Source of the DNA: Eledone cirrhosa
Lineage: Eukaryota
Length of the DNA stretch: 64,000 bases
Reading direction: 5' to 3'
Assembly: GCA_964016885.1 (NCBI GenBank)
Contig: OZ024741.1
Coordinates: forward strand, 126,108,001 to 126,172,000
This document shows, in pieces, positions 55,770 to 64,000 of the stretch (within the stretch, counting starts at the first letter, position 1; each line of letters starts with the position of its first letter). The notes beneath the pieces were generated by a model that was not told where the DNA came from, searched no databases, and worked only from the letters and a program-made list of their open reading frames with translations. The position numbers and the translations under genes were made by a program.

Positions 55770-56058
55770 AAAGGAAACGCACAAAAACAAAGAAAAGAAT
55801 CCCCAGTCACTGAAGAGGTCACATAGTGCGTGACGAAAGAACTTTGACAATATATGAACAATCATCTGGTTGTGGAACCAACCAACCGGAAATTTATAAA
55901 TTCCTAAATTTATAAATTTAATTTATAGTAAATTGAAGTGAAAGCAACTGGTGCGTGTGTTTCTTATTGGCAACATGACCCTCCCAAAGTATAACAATAT
56001 CGGTTTCAACACACGTTTTCAGATAAAGAATCTTGCTAAACAAATTCAGAAACGAAAT
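55770..56058 (+). mobile_element. Solo pseudo-LTR of the 30802 PLE family, with HHR at 55806-55848
   Basis: Matches 32806-33125. Confidence 0.8.
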
Positions 56059-56235
56059 ACATATATATACATATATACATACAAATACACACATACATAT
56101 ATACATATATACATATATATATACATATACACAGATATACACACACATATATACACACATACGCACATATATACACACATATATATATACATATATATAT
56201 ATATATACACATATATATATACACATATATATATG

Positions 56236-56374
56236 GGGGCTGCCAACTCGTTTTCGAGTACGGCCACTACATTATATCCATGTAGGAGAACCCCTACCGA
56301 TGCGCTGAACGAGTGACATTTTAGTCCAGCCAGAGACTTGAAAACTCTGGTACAAACACTACACTTGTGACAAT

Positions 56375-56376
<2 letters not shown>
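56236..56376 (-). mobile_element. 3' fragment of the RTE-derived non-autonomous element
   Basis: Reverse complement of about 18815-18955. Confidence 0.8.
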
Positions 56377-56446
<70 letters not shown>

Positions 56447-56485
56447 CACACATACATACACATGCATATACATATACAAGCACAT

Positions 56486-56649
<164 letters not shown>

Positions 56650-56820
56650 AAAGTTATATTTAAATTGTTGGGTTAACAACGAGTAAATATTTATAACTGA
56701 TATGAAAGCACTCAACAAGTATTTGTTCACAATATTTTTTTACTGCCAAATCAACTTCCCAAATGCAAGTCGATTGAAAGGTATGTCATATCTATTTATT
56801 TATAAGACTGTTTATATTGT

Positions 56821-56884
56821 ATTTTGTCTGATGAAGGCATAACATATTGTTAATATGATATCCCTGAAATATATATAATGAAAT
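56821..56884 (+). ncRNA. Type I hammerhead ribozyme in a solo pseudo-LTR (56647-56925)
   Basis: AUUUUGU CUGAUGA AGG..CAUAUU-GUU-AAUAUG..CCU GAAA UAUAUA UA AUGAAAU. Confidence 0.7.
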
Positions 56885-56922
56885 AAATATGGTTTTATAA
56901 ATATAGTTTCCATTTATTTAAT

Positions 56923-56962
<40 letters not shown>

Positions 56963-57003
56963 TATACACACACATACACATATATACACATACGCACATA
57001 CAC

Positions 57004-57056
<53 letters not shown>

Positions 57057-57203
57057 CATATATACATACATATATATATATATACATATATACACACATA
57101 CATATATACATACACATACACACACATATATATATATATGTATATATATATATACACACATATACATATATATACACACATACATACATACATACACATA
57201 TAT

Positions 57204-57246
<43 letters not shown>

Positions 57247-57626
57247 CATATACATATATATATATAAATATACATACACATACACATACATATACATATA
57301 CATACATATATACATATATATATATGTATACACAGAGATATCCACGGTATGTTGTGGGGTCCACATACACACACATAGACATACATGTATACATATATAT
57401 ACACATATATATAGATATAAATATATCTATATCTATATCTATATATATAATAGAATATGTAGAAAAGATAACACACCAGAGAGAGAGAGAGATAGTGCGT
57501 TATCAGTCAAACAGGGAAAAACCACCAGTGTATGGAATCTATAGCCCATGGAAGGCAAAGTAGACACACAATAATTAAAAGTATAAATCAAAGTGCAAAT
57601 ACGTACCTTGATAACTATCTAACACA

Positions 57627-57703
57627 CACGTACAAATCCGAAAGGGTCTGTTTCACCAACTAATTTGTTGACAGAAATGATTAGCCTATGGTTCATCAGC
57701 GTG
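57627..57703 (-). ncRNA. Type I hammerhead ribozyme (family of 6798-6879)
   Basis: CACG CUGAUGA ACCA-UAG-GCUAAU...AUUAGU-UGGU GAAA CAGACCC-UUUC-GGAUUUG UA CGUG. Confidence 0.8.
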
Positions 57704-58202
57704 AGAGGGACAATTCTTTAAAAAAAGAGTTTTATAATGTATATAAAGTATTTGTAAAATTCATCTTATCCAATGTTGAGTATTACAATTAAAATGAATT
57801 AATAAGAATTAAAAACTAAAAATTAAAGATTTAAAATTAAGTGTTGAAGCACGTTTTTTTCATCTTCCTTGTTGAGAAGGAGACTGGTAAAATGAACTCT
57901 CGTGTATAGAGAGGTGTAGTCATGATAATAGCAGCAGCAGTCGTGGCAGGTATGTTTTTTTCACACACAACAAAATTGTTTTAGGGACGAAGGAGATATT
58001 TTGTAAATATGTGTGTATCTCAATTGTGTTAATGGAATGGTCAAGAGTTCAGATGGGGTGGCGAAGAGGGGAATTGTAAGCTAGAGAATAATTCTATGGT
58101 ATGAGCAATAGTAGGGTGGCAAAAGAAGTTCTATTTTTGAAATATGGTTTTAGAGAGAGTGAATGTGTACGTGTGGGAGTGTATATATAAAAATACACAC
58201 AC

Positions 58203-58233
<31 letters not shown>

Positions 58234-58721
58234 CGCGTGCTTGTGGGGTGGGGTGTGGGGGCATGGTGGAAATGTGGTATGTATGAGTGTGCGTGCTTCA
58301 GCATATATATATATATATACTATATGGTTGCTGGGTACGCAAGAAGAACATGTTTTTGCCTGCATCATATCACATAAACGAATATGCATCTGACGAAATC
58401 GCTCCCATACCACCAACAAATGCAGATATGCATCTTGGATTGCATAAGGGTAGCCATAGAAAAAATTATGAATAAACGCTTTATGTAAACACACCATCTT
58501 TCTTAATGTTATTCTTATATATATATATACAATACACACACTATTATATATAAAGCATGAAAGTACTTGTTCAATTAACACTTAACATTTAATATTCTAC
58601 CATACTATTTCATTCTAATACCATTATAAATTTTAAAGGATTGTAAATAAAACGAGTAAATCAGACAAAGTTGGAATTCCTTTTATTAATATAATCTATA
58701 CACAATCATACACACCCGTAT

Positions 58722-58813
<92 letters not shown>

Positions 58814-58913
58814 GTTATCATATACATAAAGTTAAAGATATATATATGTTGCAACTGTTCACTTTTAAGCTCTATGAAGAATTAATAAATTAATATAAAA
58901 AAATCAGAGCATT

Positions 58914-59635
<722 letters not shown>

Positions 59636-60124
59636 CATATATATTTATATATATATAAATATATATAAATATATATAAATATATATAAATATATATTTGA
59701 TTGTATATGTTATAGCGTGTATTTTATATATTCTGGTACATATGCTTTTGCTTATGTGTATACGTGAGTTTTGCGTCTGTGTGAGTATGCGGGTTCGTAC
59801 GTATGTAGGGTGTGTGTATATGTGTACTTCGTATTTTGGTTGACGTACGTCTCCGAACATATGTGTATTTACATGTACGTATGTGTGTGCGTTTGTTATA
59901 TACGTATTTATTTATTTATATACTTTTATTTAATTATTTGTATACACGCATACACGCACATATTTATATGTGCGTGTATTTGTATACCGATGGCGAGTGT
60001 TTTCGCGTATGCTTGTGTATGTACGTATATGGATGCGTGTATGTATTTATTTAATTTCAATTACCTCTCTATTTGATTTACTTTATTCTTAACTCTGAAG
60101 CCGAGAATCATTCGGTTTCCTAGT

Positions 60125-60400
60125 TAGAATTTTAGTCTACGACTTCAGTTATACCATTTACGTGGTTTTGTCTTTATGTGTAATTGTTCTCCACGCTCCA
60201 CATATGACGTATTATCTTCGTTTTTTCCGTTCATTGCCAGAGAACGTCTCTATGAACCACCTAAGAGAATATTAGTCTATGACTTCTTTTATACCATAAA
60301 CGTGGTTTTGTCTTTGCGTGTAATTGTTTTTCACCGCTCCAAATAATGACGTATTTTATTCGTTTTTTCCCGTTCTTTGCCAGCGAACGTTTCCACGAAC
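60125..60400. repeat. Diverged ~140-bp direct repeat, 2 copies
   Basis: TTAGTCTA.GACTTC...CGTGGTTTTGTCTTT...ATGACGTATT...TTGCCAG.GAACGT occurs twice. Confidence 0.75.
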
Positions 60401-60701
60401 CGAGGTATCGTCTTCCTGTCTTCCTCCGGTTGCAACGTTTTTTGAAATATTAACTTCTGCGTTCACAGAATGAGTTTTCTAGTTTCAAAAGATCCCGTTA
60501 AGGATGAAAGCAGCGATTCTTTGCTTAAACTTTAATCTGTTATTTTAATAAATATATATATATATATATATGGAAAGTTATATTTAAATTGTTGGGTTAC
60601 AACTAGTAAATATTTATAACTGATATAAAAGCACTCGACAAATATTTGGAGTATATATACAATATTAAATAAATGGAAACTATATTTATAAAACCATATT
60701 T

Positions 60702-60765
60702 ATTTCATTATATATATTTCAGGGATATCATATTAACAATATGCTATGCCTTCCTCAGACAAAAT
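60702..60765 (-). ncRNA. Type I hammerhead ribozyme downstream of the PLE ORF
   Basis: Copy of 56821-56884 with core CUGAGGA, differing at the free N7 position. Confidence 0.72.
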
Positions 60766-62176
60766 ACAATATAAACAGTTTTATAGATAAATAGATTCGA
60801 CATACTGTAACAACATCGACTTGCATTTGAAAAGGTTGATTTGGTAGTGAAAAAATTGTACACAGAGAGAAAGAAAGAGAGAAAAAAAGAGAGAAAAAAG
60901 GAAAGAAAGACAGAAAACGAAGAAAAAGAAGAAAAAGAAGAAATGCATGGAACAAAATAGAGAGATGGAAAGATAGATAAAGAGAAGAACTTCATGTAAA
61001 GAAACAGAAAGAGATATATATATATAGAGAGAGAGGAAATAGAGATAGATAGATATATATAGAAAACTAGGTAGTGGGACGTCTGTTGAATAACGTATCA
61101 ATGATACATTTATTTATTTATTTATTTATTTAGCTCTAGTATTAATGTAAGGGAGATATATGGAGAGAAACCAGCTGTTATATAGAGAGAGAAAAAAAAT
61201 ATAGAGAGAGAAAAAAATATAGAGAGAGAAAAATTTAAAGAGAGAAAAATTTAAAAATAACCAGACACAGGCGTAAAAAACCTCTGTTTTAATGTAGAGG
61301 TATTAGTATTTACAAAACCAGCCACTACATTGTAAATATCAGTATTCCTGAATGAGACATGTATCCACAATGTGTGAAAATTAATGATCTTATGTTTAGT
61401 TTTTAAAAAAAATTCATATGTTTATGTGATAATTACAAACATCTATGTGAATCTACATGATCAACTCTGCAAACCATATGTTCACGGAAAACATTCTCAA
61501 TGTGGTATAAAAATTTAAGTATACACATATGTGTATATATATACACACAAATATATATAGAGTCAATATTACTATTTCCGTCTTTACTCTACAAGATTAT
61601 CTATCAAGCAAAAATAGAGCAGATTTCAATATACTAATAAAAATAAAAATATATCAGAAACAAAACTAAAAATAACAATAATAATAATAAGTAATAATAA
61701 AATAGAAAACTAAAAAATATTACGAAAGAATATTACATATTAAAAATATTACATATTAAAAAATTTACATATTAAAAATATTAAAAATAAAAATATTAGG
61801 AAATACTACAATAATAAAAATAAAATAAACCACAAAGATCAACCCTTCAAAATTAATTGACAATATATTGCCAAGTTCATTATAAACATCAGAGTCGAAA
61901 AACAGATAAAGCCAAAAATTATCTATCAAATCGCATCTAGCAAAGATCATTTCAAAAAGTTTAGGATGCCCAATTTGGTCTACATGTGTTCTTATATTTA
62001 ATATAGAAGTTTATCTAGTGTAACGTTTATTCGAAATATTTGGAGCATCAACTTTTAGGGTAGCTTAATTTTTCATGAAGAATGTTTAAATAAAAAATAA
62101 TAAAATAAAAAAATAAAAAGAGAATCAAAGATTTATCGGCTAGTTTCCCATATAATTAAAAATCAAACTAAATATA

Positions 62177-64000
62177 CTACATTTTAAATTTAAATTTATA
62201 TTTAAACGTTGAGTTTAATCTATGTTTGCAACAACTGAATAAATTTGTCCGTAGATTAAGGGAATTTTTAGATTTTAGTATAAAGAATATCTCCTCTGCG
62301 CAGAGGTCACATGTCTCAGAGGATGAGTTAAAAGGAATCCCTCTTGAGACTATATTCCAAGCCGTCGAATATCTAACGTTATCTAGCCTAAGTTGCCATA
62401 GTACGCCTGATAGTGCCGTTGAAGATTTTTTGCTTGGATCTGTGAAAGAATTCTTGTGGTTATTATAGCGAAGTTTAAATTCCGTCGATGTGGAACCGAC
62501 GTAGTTAAAAGAATTAGAGTCAGTATTAACATTACAATTGTATACTATATTTTTAACTAAGCAGTTGTTATTTAACGGACATTTAGATCTATCTCTACAG
62601 TTACATTTCTTAACTTGTATATTATTTATGCTATTATCACTAGGTTTTAAGTTCCTATTATTTATTCTATTGATATTTTGTGCTAAATTTTTGGTGGATG
62701 AGTAGGTTAATTTTATTGTATGTCTATTGAAAATTGAGTGATATCTATGTGTTCTAGGGAAGCGATTATCAAGAGCTTTAAAGAATAGTTTAGCGATGTG
62801 GGTTTTAATGTTTAGTGAGAAAGGGGGGGCAAACCAAATTATGTTCCTAGTTCTATTTCTTTTTTGGCCTTTGGAATTATTGTAATGCTTTCTATTATAG
62901 TTGTTAAGGATGTTGCCGTAATTAAAAAAGTTGTTACTTTGTTTAGTTTGTCTATCATTATCTATGTACACAATCTGATCAGCATATCCTGCTCTAGCTA
63001 ATGCTTCATTGTAGTATTGGGCTTTTTCGTCGAAAATCTTTCTATTCGACGAGATCCTAGAGATACGTTTTTGAACAGAGTTTACTATAGTGTTCTTGAC
63101 AGATCTGGGGTGGTTAGAGTTAAAGTTTACATAGTTTAAGTTTTCATTCAACTTGTGAAAAGGATAGTGAAGACATGTGTTGAGATTTAATGTTATATCT
63201 AGGAAATTGACTATTCTATGGTTGTTCTCAATTTCTATTTTAAGATTAAAGTAATTAAAAAATTGTGTAATTTGTTTACATTTTCTATTTAGTTCAGAGT
63301 TATTATTATCAATAATTAAAAGCATGTCGTCTCTATATAAACCTCCGGTAGTACCGGGTATTTTCCTATGTAGCGAATTGATTAAAAATAAGCCCACAAG
63401 GTCAGTTACCTGGGCTGAGTCGGATGATCCCATAGTAATGTCAAAATTGCTATCTCTATCTGCTCTGGTCCATAGTTGGTCATTAAATTCTATCAAAGTT
63501 TTCCTAGCCGATAATATAATATGCATTTCATTGCTAGTTAGGTCAGTATGTTTGAATGCGTAATTTAGTGCCTTATTTAGTAGATTAGGGGTAATAGAAG
63601 AATAATAGTTAGCTATATCAAGTTGAATAAACTTATTATTATTGCTATATTTATTTTGCTTAAACCACTCAACAACCTCTCCAGTTCCCTTCCACAAGCT
63701 CAGGTTAGATAAACAATCCAAGTTCTTAATTTGCTGTATCACCCTGTCAAGAATGTTTTTGCTTAATTTGCCCAGGTCCGATTTTGATGGTGCGATCAAT
63801 CTAACTGGCAGGTCATTTTCAAAATTCCGCTTGTGATCTTTCATATTGATCTTCGGTTTCCTGGGCACGAAAGGTTGTGTTCTGTTCTCAATTTCCAACT
63901 CGTGCATTATACAAGATGCTTCGACATTCATTTTCTCAAGCTCGGCCTTATCTGCTACCTTGTACTTTTTCCTCAGCTCTTTCAGTATGAGGCCATTATA
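62177..64000 (-). CDS. Penelope-like element polyprotein (RT + C-terminal GIY-YIG endonuclease), 5' end beyond window
   Basis: Uninterrupted 584-aa ORF whose frame stays open to the window edge (YNGLILKELRKKYKVADKAELEK-M). Motifs: VRLIAPSKS, LDIANYYSSI, FDITMGSSDSAQV, GLYRDD, FLDI, CNC..CPL...C, NIVY...YVGST..FKLRYNNH, CDLCAEE. Confidence 0.92.
   Translation of the reverse strand, partial: YNGLILKELRKKYKVADKAELEKMNVEASCIMHELEIENRTQPFVPRKPKINMKDHKRNFENDLPVRLIAPSKSDLGKLSKNILDRVIQQIKNLDCLSNLSLWKGTGEVVEWFKQNKYSNNNKFIQLDIANYYSSITPNLLNKALNYAFKHTDLTSNEMHIILSARKTLIEFNDQLWTRADRDSNFDITMGSSDSAQVTDLVGLFLINSLHRKIPGTTGGLYRDDMLLIIDNNNSELNRKCKQITQFFNYFNLKIEIENNHRIVNFLDITLNLNTCLHYPFHKLNENLNYVNFNSNHPRSVKNTIVNSVQKRISRISSNRKIFDEKAQYYNEALARAGYADQIVYIDNDRQTKQSNNFFNYGNILNNYNRKHYNNSKGQKRNRTRNIIWFAPPFSLNIKTHIAKLFFKALDNRFPRTHRYHSIFNRHTIKLTYSSTKNLAQNINRINNRNLKPSDNSINNIQVKKCNCRDRSKCPLNNNCLVKNIVYNCNVNTDSNSFNYVGSTSTEFKLRYNNHKNSFTDPSKKSSTALSGVLWQLRLDNVRYSTAWNIVSRGIPFNSSSETCDLCAEEIFFILKSKNSLNLRTNLFSCCKHRLNSTFKYKFKFKM

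Overview
This is AT-rich eukaryotic intergenic DNA saturated with (TA)n, (TATG)n and (CA)n microsatellites and transposons. The repeat style suggests an octopus or other cephalopod (inference only), and no host gene can be supported. It contains a decayed R4/Dong-type non-LTR element, a near-intact RTE LINE with three C-terminal C2H2 fingers plus its non-autonomous derivatives, a CR1 fragment, many tRNA-derived SINEs, two Helitron-like elements and at least five Penelope-like elements (PLEs), one with an uninterrupted RT-GIY-YIG ORF running off the window. The main hidden signal is RNA structure. By eye I find about 20 type I hammerhead ribozyme (HHR) motifs with intact cores (stem I-CUGANGA-stem II-GAAA-stem III-NUH-stem I) from about 8 unrelated repeat families, many with an unusually long stem II. 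The most striking is a non-coding 556-bp unit amplified into a ~7-copy head-to-head array (45771-49617) with one HHR per unit. A diverged 515-bp relative (54470-55170) conserves the core and replaces stem II. This looks like a retrozyme-like system mobilised by PLE RT into (TA)n. All folds were read manually, none were computed, and self-cleavage is untested.
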